Below the pieces are notes generated by a model. The model was given only the letters and a program-made list of their open reading frames with translations, did not search any database and was not told where the DNA came from. DNA of 40,047 nucleotides from a virus. Its lineage: Duplodnaviria > Caudoviricetes. The translations under genes were made by a program, and so were the position numbers. The stretch lies in IMG/VR virus record IMGVR_UViG_3300032334_000177, positions 1 through 40,047 of that record. One strand, 5' to 3'. Position 1 is the stretch's first letter. Each line of letters begins with the position of its first letter. Of the stretch, positions 15,343-25,670 are shown in pieces.

Positions 15343-16296
15343 CTAATAACCGTCCACTTGTATAATTTCCCCGCGAAATTCAACGTGGTCTTTATTCCAT
15401 ACATGGAATAATTCGGGCCACAATAATTGCCCGTCTTTAAACGTAAGTAAGGCAAATCCCGAACGATGGTTTAGCGGATTGTGTTCTGAATAAGAAAACT
15501 GCGGGCCATACGGGTCTGCCAAAGTGCCTGTATCTACCCCAAAACGGTTGCCGTTGTAGTCAGCGTATGGAGTAACCTTTAAGCTGTGCAAATGACCCGT
15601 TACGATGCTTGTACCAGCCCCCACGGTATTGTTGTGGGTAGCGTGAACCCCGCCTTTGTACCGATGTTTGACAATGACTTCTTTGGTTAGCCACACCGAC
15701 CAGGCAAACTGCCATTGCTCAAAGTGATCCTCAAGACGGAATCCTGGCGTTTGGACGTATTGCGGTGCATTAGCTGCTAAACGCGACGCAAATCTAGCAT
15801 CGTGATTTCCTAGCGTCCATATCAACTTTACATTGTGTCGGATTGTTTTTGCAGTCTCCGACACTTCCCCAAGCATTGCTTTGCAGGCGTTTAACTCTTG
15901 GATTACGGAAGGAAGTTTCTCCCAACCCATTGGGGGATGGCGACTAATAGCAGCGCCATCAAAGGCATCACCATTACAAATAACTGCTTTTGGTTCATAC
16001 GTTTCAATCGCATATAAAAGCGCCTTAAACGCCGTTGAACGTATACCAGGCCAAAAGTGAGCATCCGAGAAAACGATAACTGTGCCATTTTCTATCCCCA
16101 AATCAACGGCATTTGAAAAGATGTGTTGCCGGTAAATCCATCGTTGATCGTTTACTGGAAGGGTTTTCCCGTGCTTTTCTTCTAAACGTCTTCTTCTAGC
16201 ATGAGACGATCTTTCTGTAACACCTAGTTCTTCTGCCACTAATTTTGCCGATTTCAACCGATCCCAAGTTTCTAAAAACTGTTCTTCAGAAATCAT
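15343..16296 (-). CDS. Calcineurin-like metallophosphoesterase with N-terminal HTH-like segment
   Basis: SDAH, GDAFD, GNHD, H and GHLH motifs. Confidence 0.88.
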   Translation of the reverse strand: MISEEQFLETWDRLKSAKLVAEELGVTERSSHARRRRLEEKHGKTLPVNDQRWIYRQHIFSNAVDLGIENGTVIVFSDAHFWPGIRSTAFKALLYAIETYEPKAVICNGDAFDGAAISRHPPMGWEKLPSVIQELNACKAMLGEVSETAKTIRHNVKLIWTLGNHDARFASRLAANAPQYVQTPGFRLEDHFEQWQFAWSVWLTKEVIVKHRYKGGVHATHNNTVGAGTSIVTGHLHSLKVTPYADYNGNRFGVDTGTLADPYGPQFSYSEHNPLNHRSGFALLTFKDGQLLWPELFHVWNKDHVEFRGEIIQVDGY

Positions 16297-16304
16297 AAAA
16301 ATCC

Positions 16305-16745
16305 TCAGAGAAGCGTTGCTTCTGCTTTCCTGCGTTTATCAAGGCCAGGTAAGACACGCCCACCGGCTTTGTTCCACAACAGAAGTTGATCTTTAGCCGC
16401 CTCCCAATTTTGCTCATTGATTTTGCGTTTCAATGTGCTAGTTTGAAGTCGTCCGATCCCAAGGTTATAGCAGAAGTCTACTACAGCATTACACTTACGT
16501 TCATCTGTTAAGAGAATAGGACAATTACGCAACACCCCTGGAAGGTAAGTAAATTGCAATTCGTGAAGCAGTAACGTTTCAGCAATCGTTTCACTAATCG
16601 GCTCATCAGATAGTGCAACCTTTGCACCATTCCCATAATAGGTATTTCCATACCCAATTGTTGCAACACCGGCTGGGCATAAATAGGGCTTGCTTCTAAA
16701 GCCTTCAAACCGCTTACATAGTGCAACGGCTATATCTAAGTTCAT
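16305..16745 (-). CDS. Endolysin, phage lysozyme (GH24)
   Basis: FEG...PYLCPAGVATIGYG, F.YNLG.G....STL and GL..RR.AE. Confidence 0.92.
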   Translation of the reverse strand: MNLDIAVALCKRFEGFRSKPYLCPAGVATIGYGNTYYGNGAKVALSDEPISETIAETLLLHELQFTYLPGVLRNCPILLTDERKCNAVVDFCYNLGIGRLQTSTLKRKINEQNWEAAKDQLLLWNKAGGRVLPGLDKRRKAEATLL

Positions 16746-17236
16746 AACCCACGCTTGGCTAATGTTCTGTCAAGGAACCAGTAATTTAACGTACCGCTAA
16801 CCAAAGCAGCAAAGTCGCCTGACATCATCAGTTTGAACACCGCATCAGGTTGAGCGCCCATTATCCAGGCGTTCCAAGCAAACCAAATGTGGATAAAACT
16901 CCAAAGCAACAAAATCCAATAAGTGACTACAGGACGCACAGAAGCGGAAAGACTAGCCACCCATCCACCAGCCGCTTTAACCATCTCTGTTTGCTGTTCT
17001 ATGGCCGAATTAAAGGCATCCATGACACCAGTGTCTATTGCGGCTTCCCGTTGAGCGCCAATCTCTGCTAATTTTTGCTGGCCGCGCAATGTCTCTAACT
17101 GGCATTGTTGCTGGAACATAGCCAGTTCATGGGTACGTTCGTTCTTTTTATCAAGCCACTTCAGCACCTCGGGCGCCATACGAAACAGGCCACCAAGCAA
17201 AGAACCAATAACACCGCCGCCGAGTAGTTCAAACAT
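16742..17236 (-). CDS. Holin-like membrane protein (3-TM type)
   Basis: SASVRPVVTY and YWFLDR motifs; hydrophobic segments; directly upstream of the lysozyme. Confidence 0.6.
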   Translation of the reverse strand: MFELLGGGVIGSLLGGLFRMAPEVLKWLDKKNERTHELAMFQQQCQLETLRGQQKLAEIGAQREAAIDTGVMDAFNSAIEQQTEMVKAAGGWVASLSASVRPVVTYWILLLWSFIHIWFAWNAWIMGAQPDAVFKLMMSGDFAALVSGTLNYWFLDRTLAKRGL

Positions 17237-17237
17237 A

Positions 17238-17489
17238 TCAGTCCTTTCGTTTGCAAGTAGGTTCATCTTCATCATGGGATAGCTTTACGCCAGCCAAAAG
17301 TCCAATGAATCCACCGATGATGGTTTGGAATGCGGGGCTCAATAGCTTGAAGATTTCGCTGTTGTCCACTTCCTTTGACCACAATCCCAAAAGGAATGCC
17401 CCAACCATAGCCAATACAGATAGGCATAGGGTGGCGCTAACCATCAGGGTTACCGCAAACGTCAATCGTGCTTTGATGTTGTCGTTCAT
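17238..17489 (-). CDS. Two-TM membrane protein (lysis cassette)
   Basis: ATG 17489; two hydrophobic helices. Confidence 0.6.
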   Translation of the reverse strand: MNDNIKARLTFAVTLMVSATLCLSVLAMVGAFLLGLWSKEVDNSEIFKLLSPAFQTIIGGFIGLLAGVKLSHDEDEPTCKRKD

Positions 17490-17827
17490 TTGTTTTCCCT
17501 CTTTAATGCTTGTTCGTACCCGTGGATTACTTTTGCGCGTAGCAAAGCGTTGTCGGATGCGCCCGCCCATTCCGATAAGCTGTTCCAAATATCTGCGTAG
17601 TTTTGGGTATTGCATACATTTTTATCCAACCATTGCAACATGGCTATACGCCGTTCCATCGGATCATGTGTTGTCCAGGCTATTACATACAAGTCCTGTA
17701 TTGAACAACCTTGCAATAATTTTATCTTTGGTTTTTCCTGTTTTTCTGGCGCAGACGATAACATGAGCCTGTCCTCTGCCGCCGATACCGTTACCAGCAT
17801 CAAAAAGATTAAGAGAAACAGGCGCAT
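17486..17827 (-). CDS. Hypothetical exported protein
   Basis: N-terminal signal-like sequence MRLFLLIFLMLVTVSA. Confidence 0.6.
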   Translation of the reverse strand: MRLFLLIFLMLVTVSAAEDRLMLSSAPEKQEKPKIKLLQGCSIQDLYVIAWTTHDPMERRIAMLQWLDKNVCNTQNYADIWNSLSEWAGASDNALLRAKVIHGYEQALKRENK

Positions 17828-17837
17828 TTAACACAGA

Positions 17838-18071
17838 CTAGCCCTTGTTAATCCAATGCAGGAAATAACCGGCAACGCTACCCAAAGCAGACACAATAGT
17901 CATACCCATCCAAAACCCGCCTTTGCCTTGATTAGCCATTTCTACTAGTTTTTCAATAGAGCCTTCTAGCTTATCAATCTTGTTTGACATTTCATCAAAG
18001 CGGCGCTCATAGGATTGCACACGTTCCCACAAAACGCCATACTTTATTGGATCAAAAGAATCAGGCGTCAT
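17838..18071 (-). CDS. Coiled-coil plus C-terminal TM protein (XhlA/holin-like)
   Basis: Heptad region followed by GKGGFW and a hydrophobic tail. Confidence 0.6.
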   Translation of the reverse strand: MTPDSFDPIKYGVLWERVQSYERRFDEMSNKIDKLEGSIEKLVEMANQGKGGFWMGMTIVSALGSVAGYFLHWINKG

Positions 18072-18457
18072 GGTGTTTCGGGCCAAGTTATTTGCCAAGG
18101 AAATTCAGTTTGCAATGGTACATCACGCAGTGCTTGGCGGTATGCAGCCCATGCTGCTTTATCTGCGGTGCTGTCAGCTAGTTGAGTCCAATCGCAAAAT
18201 GCAAGTTTTTCATTGCGTTGTTCACGAATTTTTTTTGCATTTTCTTCATTAGATATAGGAATTAACACCCATCCTTGTCGCCATTGTTCATTAATTTGCT
18301 CTGGAAATTTAGCAATTAATATATATCGTGTATTGTCATACTCAGGAATTGGATCGACATATACAAAAGCGTAATCAAGCATTGCAATTGGATCATCTTT
18401 AATAATGTCAACACTCATAGGATACAAATTTTTTGAAAGTTTAATATATGAACTCAT
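18068..18457 (-). CDS. Tail fibre assembly chaperone
   Basis: R..RN..L...DWTQL.D......W..YRQALRD.P....FP..I.WP..P. Confidence 0.85.
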   Translation of the reverse strand: MSSYIKLSKNLYPMSVDIIKDDPIAMLDYAFVYVDPIPEYDNTRYILIAKFPEQINEQWRQGWVLIPISNEENAKKIREQRNEKLAFCDWTQLADSTADKAAWAAYRQALRDVPLQTEFPWQITWPETP

Positions 18458-18469
18458 AATAAATTCCTT

Positions 18470-19858
18470 TTAACTTATTTTTACAGCTAATAATTGCGTT
18501 GCAGCAGCATACGAATTTAATGGTGTGTTGTAATATACTGTTGATGAAACACTATTTGTTACTACTTTTAATTGTATAACCGTAGTAGCCGAAACTGTAA
18601 CTAATGTAGCTACTTCTGCATTACTATAAGTGCTGGCTGTAGTGCCTCCAATTGTTTGTGTTGAAGCGTAAGAATAAGAAGAATCAAAATTCCAAATATA
18701 AAGAGCAATTTGAATATTGTTGTATACACTGTACACAGCCCTTCCTATTACAAGCCATGTTCCAGCAGTAATTTCAAAACCGCCAATTGCAACAGGCGAG
18801 GAACTAATTGATAGGTTAGCACTGGGCGTGTATTGGCTGTATGTTAATGGTGAAGCAGCGGGAGTTGCCCAAGTTGGAGCACCAGCACCAGCGCTTGTTA
18901 ATACTTGCCCTGATGTACCAGCGGCAGTGTAAGCGTGTGCTGTTCCTGTGCCGTAGCCAATACCTCCAGCAGTGGGAGTTGAAGTACTGTTTGTCCCTCC
19001 ATTAGCAATTGGCAATGTTCCTGTTACGTTAGTTGTAAGGTTTGCAAAAGTTGTAGATGTTGTTCCTGTGCCGCCTGATGCTATAGCTAAAGTGGCAGAT
19101 AAACCGGCAGCAGTTCCAGTTGTGTTTTGGTTAAATGTGGGCCAAGTAAATGTGCCTGTACTAAAATTTCCAGAAGTTGGAGTACCAAGAATAGGTGTAA
19201 CCAATGTAGGCGAAGTAGCAAATACACTTGCACCTGTGCCTGTTTCATCTGTTAAAGCAGCAGCTAAATTTGCGCTTGTTGGAGTAGCAAGAAATGTTGC
19301 AACATTTGTTCCAAGTCCTGACACACCAGTAGAAATAGGAAGTCCAGTAGCGTTGGTTAATGTTCCCGAAGTGGGCGTACCAAGAACGGGAGTTACCAAT
19401 GTAGGTGATGTGTTTAATACTACTGCGCCTGTTCCTGTTGCTGTACTGAAATCAGTAATACCAGCTTCCCAATCTGCCGCAGTTGTCAACGCAATGCCAA
19501 TACAAGTCACCATTGCCGTAGTTGTAGATGGTATAGAAATAACCAAATTACCGCCAGATGAGTTAACAGTTAACACTCCAGTGCTGTTGTTACAGATATG
19601 GAATGTCCAGCCAGTAGCCAAAGTACTGGTAACAGGTAAAACAATGGTTTGCGTAGTTGAGCCTGTAAACAGTTGATAGTAACTGCTTGTGTTTGTTAAC
19701 GTTGTAGTCCCTGCTGCCGTTGCAGTTGAAGTAAACCCCATGAGAGTAGCCATTGCTTTTGGCGCAGTAGTAGAAGCTGTTCCACCACCAGCAACAGACA
19801 ATACGCCAGTAGAACTAGCGTAATCAGCTAAGAACGATAAATTGCGAGGAATGCTCAT
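18470..19858 (-). CDS. Tail fibre-like virion protein
   Basis: Thr/Gly-rich, repeated SPTLVTP.LGTPTSG and L.IA.GGT motifs. Confidence 0.75.
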   Translation of the reverse strand: MSIPRNLSFLADYASSTGVLSVAGGGTASTTAPKAMATLMGFTSTATAAGTTTLTNTSSYYQLFTGSTTQTIVLPVTSTLATGWTFHICNNSTGVLTVNSSGGNLVISIPSTTTAMVTCIGIALTTAADWEAGITDFSTATGTGAVVLNTSPTLVTPVLGTPTSGTLTNATGLPISTGVSGLGTNVATFLATPTSANLAAALTDETGTGASVFATSPTLVTPILGTPTSGNFSTGTFTWPTFNQNTTGTAAGLSATLAIASGGTGTTSTTFANLTTNVTGTLPIANGGTNSTSTPTAGGIGYGTGTAHAYTAAGTSGQVLTSAGAGAPTWATPAASPLTYSQYTPSANLSISSSPVAIGGFEITAGTWLVIGRAVYSVYNNIQIALYIWNFDSSYSYASTQTIGGTTASTYSNAEVATLVTVSATTVIQLKVVTNSVSSTVYYNTPLNSYAAATQLLAVKIS

Positions 19859-20073
19859 ATTAAATACTCCGTCCATTGCTGCTCAGATTGCATCCAAGCA
19901 AAATCAGTTGTCTCAGTTGCATCAGGTTTTATAGGGCGTACTACCCAGCCGGGAGGACACCACCATACCACTTCTTCACCATCACCAGCAACAGGCGGCT
20001 CTGGCACTTCTTCCCAGCCTTCTGTGCCATCGGTTTCTGGTTTAGGAATTGATCCAAGTTTAGAGTAGAGCAT
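19855..20073 (-). CDS. Small hypothetical protein in fibre module
   Basis: ATG 20073 (MLYSKLG...) just after the LamG gene stop. Confidence 0.6.
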   Translation of the reverse strand: MLYSKLGSIPKPETDGTEGWEEVPEPPVAGDGEEVVWWCPPGWVVRPIKPDATETTDFAWMQSEQQWTEYLI

Positions 20074-20074
20074 A

Positions 20075-22099
20075 TTAATAATCCAAGAATTGTGATGTTG
20101 GTGGGGTAAAAGCAGCCGTGTAACGAGCAACGCCTTTAGTAATTCTAAAATCATCTATGTAACCATTTATACAACAAGTAGTAATTGCATCACCTGATGT
20201 ACCAATATACCAAGACGTTCCTACTCCATTTAAAGAAACACTTGATGCCACAGAACCATTTGCAACACCATCTATATACAATGTAATTGTTCCGTTATTT
20301 CTTACAACCGCTAAATGAACCCAAGTATTGTATGCAATATTTGTTGTACTTTGTATAACAGGAAAAGTTGAACCATTAAGTGCTACTTGATATCTTGTTA
20401 TTGTTCCACTTGCGTGCCCAGCAAACAAAGATAATGCACCTGCTACATAAGAATTGTAGTTAGAAAAAATGCAGGGAGTAGTGTTTGTTCTAGCAACTAA
20501 ATAACTCCAACATTCAACAGTAAAATTACCTGTTCCAAATTGAAGTTGAGGATTTGATAAAATTGTTAAATAATCTAATGTGCCATCAAAAGACATTGAA
20601 GCGCCGCCAAACTTAGACTGCGTAGTGCTAATCTGTGCATTGCCAACGGTTACTAAATTGTTCTGCATGGCATTGTCGTAAATGCCGCCGTTGACGTAGT
20701 TAAGCAGAAGTGATGTATTTGTGATTGCTGTTAATGGTGCTGTAGGAGGCGTAAAGTCTGCGGTGTAAAGCGCTGTACCTTTAACTACTCTAAAGTTAGA
20801 AATATAGCCAGTAGTATATCTAATTGTCGAGCCATCATTACTTGCCCCTATTCTAATTGGAGATGTAATATAATTATTAGTATCAGAATAGCTAGAGCCA
20901 GCTTGGACTCCATTTAAAAACATTTTTGTTACGTTTATTTCCCTGCTTACCGCAATATGGCACCAAATATTTATGGGTAAAGTTGGGCCAGTTATTCTAT
21001 ACGCGCCGTTTACATAATAAATTAATGCGCCAGCATTAAGCCCCACTAATGGAACTATCTGTGTTACTGTAGCATTTCTTTGATCAAAAAAAGCTGGAGT
21101 AATAGTGCTATTAGTTGAAATATTTACCCAAAATTCAATAGTAAAACTGCCAGTGCCGTATCCAAATGCAGCATTACTTGGGATAGTTAAATAATCTGTG
21201 CTGCCGTTATAATAACCACTACCACCAATCACAGATGTTGAATATGCCGAGCCCATGCTAAAAGGGCTAAAGCGTTGGACAGATGGAGTGCCTGTAGCAG
21301 TAATAGCAAAATTATTACTGCTATTGTCTTTAAAATAGTTTGATTGGCAAGTAAGTAACGATGTGTTAGTTATTGCAGTTAGCGGTGCAGATGGCGGTGT
21401 AAAAGTAGCAGTGTAAAGCGCAGTTCCTTTAAGAAGCCTAGCATTTGAAATATATCCATTAAGTAATAAATTGGTTCCAGTTTCCGTGCCAAATCTTACA
21501 ATATTAGTTTCAGTAAAATTACTTGTGTTTCCGGTAGCGGTAGTTTCCAATACTCCGTTTACAAAAAGATTTAATGTTCCGCTGCTGCGTGTAAAAGCAA
21601 GATGATACCAAGTGTTTGCAACGGCAGATGTGGTTCCAGTAACTATATTATTGGCTGGCCCGCCAGCGCCACTTCCTATATAAAAAACAAATTTATTTGG
21701 AGTTCCAGAGCTAGTGCCAGATAAAATAAGTTCCCAACCTGTGTTTGTTGCCCATTTACATATAAAACCTTGAGACGTTGCTGCAAGTGCATTAACATAA
21801 ACCCAACATTCAACTGTAAAATCACCTGTACCAAATTGCAACGCCGTGTTGTTGGCAACGGATAAATTATTACTTGCAGTACCGGGAAAATAATTACTCC
21901 AATCAGGGCCAAATGGACTTACCGAGCCTTGGGTTGGTGTGCCGTTACGGGTAATAGTAAAAGCGTTGCTACCGGAATCTATAAACGTATTGTTTTGAGC
22001 GCCATTAGTTCCGTTACCGTGTAGCAATAGGGTGACGTATTCCCACAATGGATCAAATAACGAACCTAGCGCCATTAAATGTTGGAGAATTCCACTCAT
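20075..22099 (-). CDS. Virion protein with three LamG/concanavalin-A-like domains
   Basis: Three repeats of FT(V/I)E.W...W.H.A..R...(L/M)(F/Y).(N/D)G...GYI...R..KG.A.YT..FTPP. Confidence 0.85.
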   Translation of the reverse strand: MSGILQHLMALGSLFDPLWEYVTLLLHGNGTNGAQNNTFIDSGSNAFTITRNGTPTQGSVSPFGPDWSNYFPGTASNNLSVANNTALQFGTGDFTVECWVYVNALAATSQGFICKWATNTGWELILSGTSSGTPNKFVFYIGSGAGGPANNIVTGTTSAVANTWYHLAFTRSSGTLNLFVNGVLETTATGNTSNFTETNIVRFGTETGTNLLLNGYISNARLLKGTALYTATFTPPSAPLTAITNTSLLTCQSNYFKDNSSNNFAITATGTPSVQRFSPFSMGSAYSTSVIGGSGYYNGSTDYLTIPSNAAFGYGTGSFTIEFWVNISTNSTITPAFFDQRNATVTQIVPLVGLNAGALIYYVNGAYRITGPTLPINIWCHIAVSREINVTKMFLNGVQAGSSYSDTNNYITSPIRIGASNDGSTIRYTTGYISNFRVVKGTALYTADFTPPTAPLTAITNTSLLLNYVNGGIYDNAMQNNLVTVGNAQISTTQSKFGGASMSFDGTLDYLTILSNPQLQFGTGNFTVECWSYLVARTNTTPCIFSNYNSYVAGALSLFAGHASGTITRYQVALNGSTFPVIQSTTNIAYNTWVHLAVVRNNGTITLYIDGVANGSVASSVSLNGVGTSWYIGTSGDAITTCCINGYIDDFRITKGVARYTAAFTPPTSQFLDY

Positions 22100-23238
22100 G
22101 TTAATGCTGCCCCTGATATAAGCCAAATTCCAGAAGAAGACAAACCAGATACCTTGGTTGCAGTTGCTATTCCATATTGAGCCAATGTGCGACTACCAGT
22201 AGAGCCTGTTCCAGCTAAGTACATTGTGTCTGTAGTGATGGCAATAGTTACTGCATTAGCAGATAAATTAAGAAAGCTAATTACTGTACCTATTGGAAAT
22301 GCTACTGATGATGCAGCAGGGATTGTGTAAGTAGCCGCAGCGTCCGCAGATGCGTGATAGATGTGTTTGCCACCATCGGCTAGGACAAGCGTATAAGCGC
22401 CTGATTGAGCGTTTTGCGGGACGTTTAAATAACCTAAAGAGTTAGTGCCATCTACTGTGCAAGCGCTTAACGTACCTGACGTTGGAGTCCCTAAGATAGG
22501 CGTTACAAGTGTTGGGCTTGTTGCCAATACGTTTGCACCCGATCCTGTGGATGTTGTTACCCCTGTGCCACCATTAGCTACTGCAAGAGTACCAGCCAAT
22601 GTAATTGTTCCAGAACTTGTAATTGGCCCACCAGTTGTAGTTAAACCTGTACTACCACCAGAAACATCAATAGAGGAAACACCAGATACTGAAGTAGTAA
22701 TTACCAGTGCTTCAACAATATCACCAGTAAGAGCGCCTACGGCAAGAGTAAATCCAGTACCACTTGTTGCGGTGTAATCTGATGTCGCCAACAATACGCC
22801 GTTTAAATAGACTTGCAAATAGCCTACGGCATAGGTTACGGTAAATGCTGTTTGCCCTGATGTTGCTGTGAACGATGTGCGAACATAAGCACTTGCACCG
22901 CCAGTAGCATTGACAGTTACTGCGCCTGTTCCACCAGCAGGTGAAATGGTTACATTAGTTCCAGCAACAATTTGAGTAACGCCGCCTGTAGGCGCTGCAT
23001 TAACCCATTTGCTAGTGCTTGAATTGTAAGAAAGCGTTTGTAAATTACTTGGACTTGTAATTGTTACATCACCAAGCCCCGAAAGATTGCCAGCACCAAT
23101 TTGAACAACTGCCGTACCATTGTTAATGTACGTTTTTTGATCTGCCATATTTACACCCAACTCGCCCGAAGTCAAGTTGGATGTAGTTGGCGTATTCCCA
23201 GCCGTATTAGTGCGTTTGGGCTTAATTATGTTAGCCAT
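22096..23238 (-). CDS. Tail fibre-like virion protein
   Basis: GELGVN..D, FTATSGQT.F, VYLNGV.L, YTLVLAD and W.ISG.LT patterns. Confidence 0.75.
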   Translation of the reverse strand: MANIIKPKRTNTAGNTPTTSNLTSGELGVNMADQKTYINNGTAVVQIGAGNLSGLGDVTITSPSNLQTLSYNSSTSKWVNAAPTGGVTQIVAGTNVTISPAGGTGAVTVNATGGASAYVRTSFTATSGQTAFTVTYAVGYLQVYLNGVLLATSDYTATSGTGFTLAVGALTGDIVEALVITTSVSGVSSIDVSGGSTGLTTTGGPITSSGTITLAGTLAVANGGTGVTTSTGSGANVLATSPTLVTPILGTPTSGTLSACTVDGTNSLGYLNVPQNAQSGAYTLVLADGGKHIYHASADAAATYTIPAASSVAFPIGTVISFLNLSANAVTIAITTDTMYLAGTGSTGSRTLAQYGIATATKVSGLSSSGIWLISGAALT

Positions 23239-23277
23239 GTGGCATCCCTTTCGTTGCTATATAGCAGGGTAAAAAAT

Positions 23278-24480
23278 TTAATAAGTGCCGCCGTCAATCG
23301 TAATTCCATCAAACGTAGTCAAGTTTGTGATTGAACCGCCAGTAATTGCTACGCTTGCAGCAGATTGAGTAGACATGGTGCCAAGTCCACTTACTTGCGT
23401 ATTTGCAATTGCAATTGAGGTTGTACTAGCAGCAGTCAGTTGCCCTTGAGCATTAACTGTAAATTGCCCAACTGCTGATGCGGAGCCATACGATCCAGCA
23501 GTGACAGCGGTATTGGTAATGCTGAATTGACTTCCCGTAAGAGTCAATCCTGTGCCAGCGGTATAAGAGCCAGCAGCGCTAAATTGCGACCAATTAATAG
23601 CAGTAACACCAATTGTGCCGCCCGGATCACTTGTACAAACCCAACCAGTATCTGCTTGCGTAGAACCAGTTTCAACAAACGTGAATGCGCTTGGAACTTC
23701 TGCCCAAACGTCCATATCTGTTGATCGAGTCCAAGGGGTGGTTTGAACAATGTAAATGCCGTTTTGTGATGCAACAGATTGATTTTTTACCAATACACGA
23801 TCACCAGCAACAACAGTTACACCATCAATTGTTTGTCCACCAACTAATGTAATGCTTGCGGTTGTGGCAACCAAACATGGTGCTTTTACGTTAAGTCCTT
23901 GAGCAACACTGTCAACGTAATTTTTTGTTGCAGCATCTTGCAAATTAACTGGATCAAGCACGTTAGTCAACAATTGACTTCCCATGCTAAACGAAGCGGT
24001 TGGGCTAGACAAATCAGACAGGCTTGCTTGAGATGCAGCAGTTGCCAATCCTTTTGCATTTACTGTGACTTTTGTAAATGTTCCAACATTGCTATTGACA
24101 GTAGCCAGCGTACCCGCAGCAGTGACATTAGACGATCCATCAAACGATGGTGATGTGTAGGACAAGTCACCAGTGATTGCAATGGTGCGTCCTGTTGCCA
24201 GTGCCGTTGCAGTTGCTGCGTTCCCGTTTATTGATCCAGCAATTGTGCTGCTAAATGTTTTAGTCCCACCAATTGTTTGATTGGTAGACGTATCCACAAA
24301 TGCACCATTACCGGCAATCGCAATAATGCTTGTAGCAGAACCGCCAGCACCGCCTGTGCCTGTGCCGTAATACAGCACGTTTGTTTGTTCATTAAACGCC
24401 AACTCTGCATTTGCTAAAGTTGTTGGTGCGCCTGCGCCACCACCATTGGCACGGCGCTTAATTCTGATTGTGTTTGACAT
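23278..24480 (-). CDS. Tail fibre-like virion protein
   Basis: DAATKNYVD, GDRVLVKNQ....QNGIY and terminal IDGGTY. Confidence 0.75.
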   Translation of the reverse strand: MSNTIRIKRRANGGGAGAPTTLANAELAFNEQTNVLYYGTGTGGAGGSATSIIAIAGNGAFVDTSTNQTIGGTKTFSSTIAGSINGNAATATALATGRTIAITGDLSYTSPSFDGSSNVTAAGTLATVNSNVGTFTKVTVNAKGLATAASQASLSDLSSPTASFSMGSQLLTNVLDPVNLQDAATKNYVDSVAQGLNVKAPCLVATTASITLVGGQTIDGVTVVAGDRVLVKNQSVASQNGIYIVQTTPWTRSTDMDVWAEVPSAFTFVETGSTQADTGWVCTSDPGGTIGVTAINWSQFSAAGSYTAGTGLTLTGSQFSITNTAVTAGSYGSASAVGQFTVNAQGQLTAASTTSIAIANTQVSGLGTMSTQSAASVAITGGSITNLTTFDGITIDGGTY

Positions 24481-24491
24481 GATAAAACTCC

Positions 24492-24764
24492 TTAAAAATT
24501 GCCGCCATCAGAGATTTCTGTTTGCGGTATGTTTGTCCAATTACTGTTAAGAAACATTAGTGCATCTAAGTTTTGAGGGTTAGACAAACTAACAGGGTAA
24601 CCACCAATCGTGCTCGTTCCAGATGGGCCCGGTGGCCCGGGTGGGCCCGGTGGCCCTTGCGATCCAGCAACTCCACGATCAATGGTAATAATTTGCGTTG
24701 CAGATGGCGTAACAACTAAGTTTAAATTGTTGCCGTCTATTACGTTAGCGACAATGTTAGCCAT
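24492..24764 (-). CDS. Small collagen-repeat virion protein
   Basis: GSQGPPGPPGPPGPSG; ends DGGNF. Confidence 0.7.
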   Translation of the reverse strand: MANIVANVIDGNNLNLVVTPSATQIITIDRGVAGSQGPPGPPGPPGPSGTSTIGGYPVSLSNPQNLDALMFLNSNWTNIPQTEISDGGNF

Positions 24765-25249
24765 CAGTTGGTTACTCCATCCGAACGTACTAAAAACAGC
24801 AAGAAAATGATGCTGTCATCAGCAGGGGTTGTGCCAGAAGCAGCAAACGATATTTTTAAACGTCCGCTAAATCCAACGCAATTAGTAGCATTAATGTCCA
24901 ATTGCGTGTCATTAGATGCAACGCTCCATGTGGATTCATCAATCAACATTGTGAACGTGCCAGAGGCATTTACACGATTGCTAATCGTTAGCGATATGGG
25001 GCTGGGAGTTGAAACTGTGTAATCAGCAATGTCAAACGTCAACCCATTGCGGGTATCTTTGATATTGGTAACTGATCTACGGAGGATAGACGCATCAATA
25101 GTTGCGCCTGTCAAATCAATAGCAGTTCCATCCAAATTGGTAAGCGCAAGATTCCAGTAAGTTTTTTGGTTGTACACCAACTCGCCGGCAATGATTTCAT
25201 TAGAAAAGCCGCTAACTTGTTCTAACGTATTCTTGTTAAAGATAGCCAA
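24764..25249 (-). CDS. Baseplate upper/fibre adaptor-like protein
   Basis: DGTAIDLTGATI BppU-like motif; TTG start after AGGGG. Confidence 0.55.
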   Translation of the reverse strand: MAIFNKNTLEQVSGFSNEIIAGELVYNQKTYWNLALTNLDGTAIDLTGATIDASILRRSVTNIKDTRNGLTFDIADYTVSTPSPISLTISNRVNASGTFTMLIDESTWSVASNDTQLDINATNCVGFSGRLKISFAASGTTPADDSIIFLLFLVRSDGVTN

Positions 25250-25316
25250 GATATTCCCCTTTCTCGGGTAGTGACGCCACCCTAAACACTCTCAGGGGTA
25301 CGCATATTGTCTTGTT

Positions 25317-25661
25317 TTATTGTACTGCATCTCTTGCTGTTGCGGTAGCAAGATACAAAGAATACAAAATTTGGTACAGTTTTTCTTGAGTTACCGTTTC
25401 TCCCGTAGGATTGCCGGTAGTCGGATCAAGCAGGGTAATAATATTATCAGGCACATAAGTAGTTTGGCAACCACCGCTATCAAAGGTAAGCGTTTCAGTT
25501 GCGGTAGCTAATGCCGTTTCTTCTAAGAATACACAATTTGGCCCAATTGGCTGGCCTGTAACAATATTAATTTGTCCTTTGCCTGGCAATGGATTATTAA
25601 TAGTTACCGCACGGCATCGTATCCAACTTGTGCCAGTAATGTCGCTTTGCTTGTAGTTCAT
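25317..25661 (-). CDS. Hypothetical tail-associated protein
   Basis: ORF following the tip protein. Confidence 0.7.
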   Translation of the reverse strand: MNYKQSDITGTSWIRCRAVTINNPLPGKGQINIVTGQPIGPNCVFLEETALATATETLTFDSGGCQTTYVPDNIITLLDPTTGNPTGETVTQEKLYQILYSLYLATATARDAVQ

Positions 25662-25670
25662 TATTTCACC

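Noticed and set aside
18972-19676. Long antisense ORFs opposite structural genes (also 1650-2225, 3619-4116, 10208-10813)
   Set aside because: Shadow frames of well-supported genes, with no motifs or operon coupling, unlike the nested MTase ORF.
18470-24480. Diversity-generating retroelement or invertible fibre cassette
   Set aside because: No reverse transcriptase or invertase; the repeats are protein-level fibre motifs, not adenine-specific TR/VR pairs.
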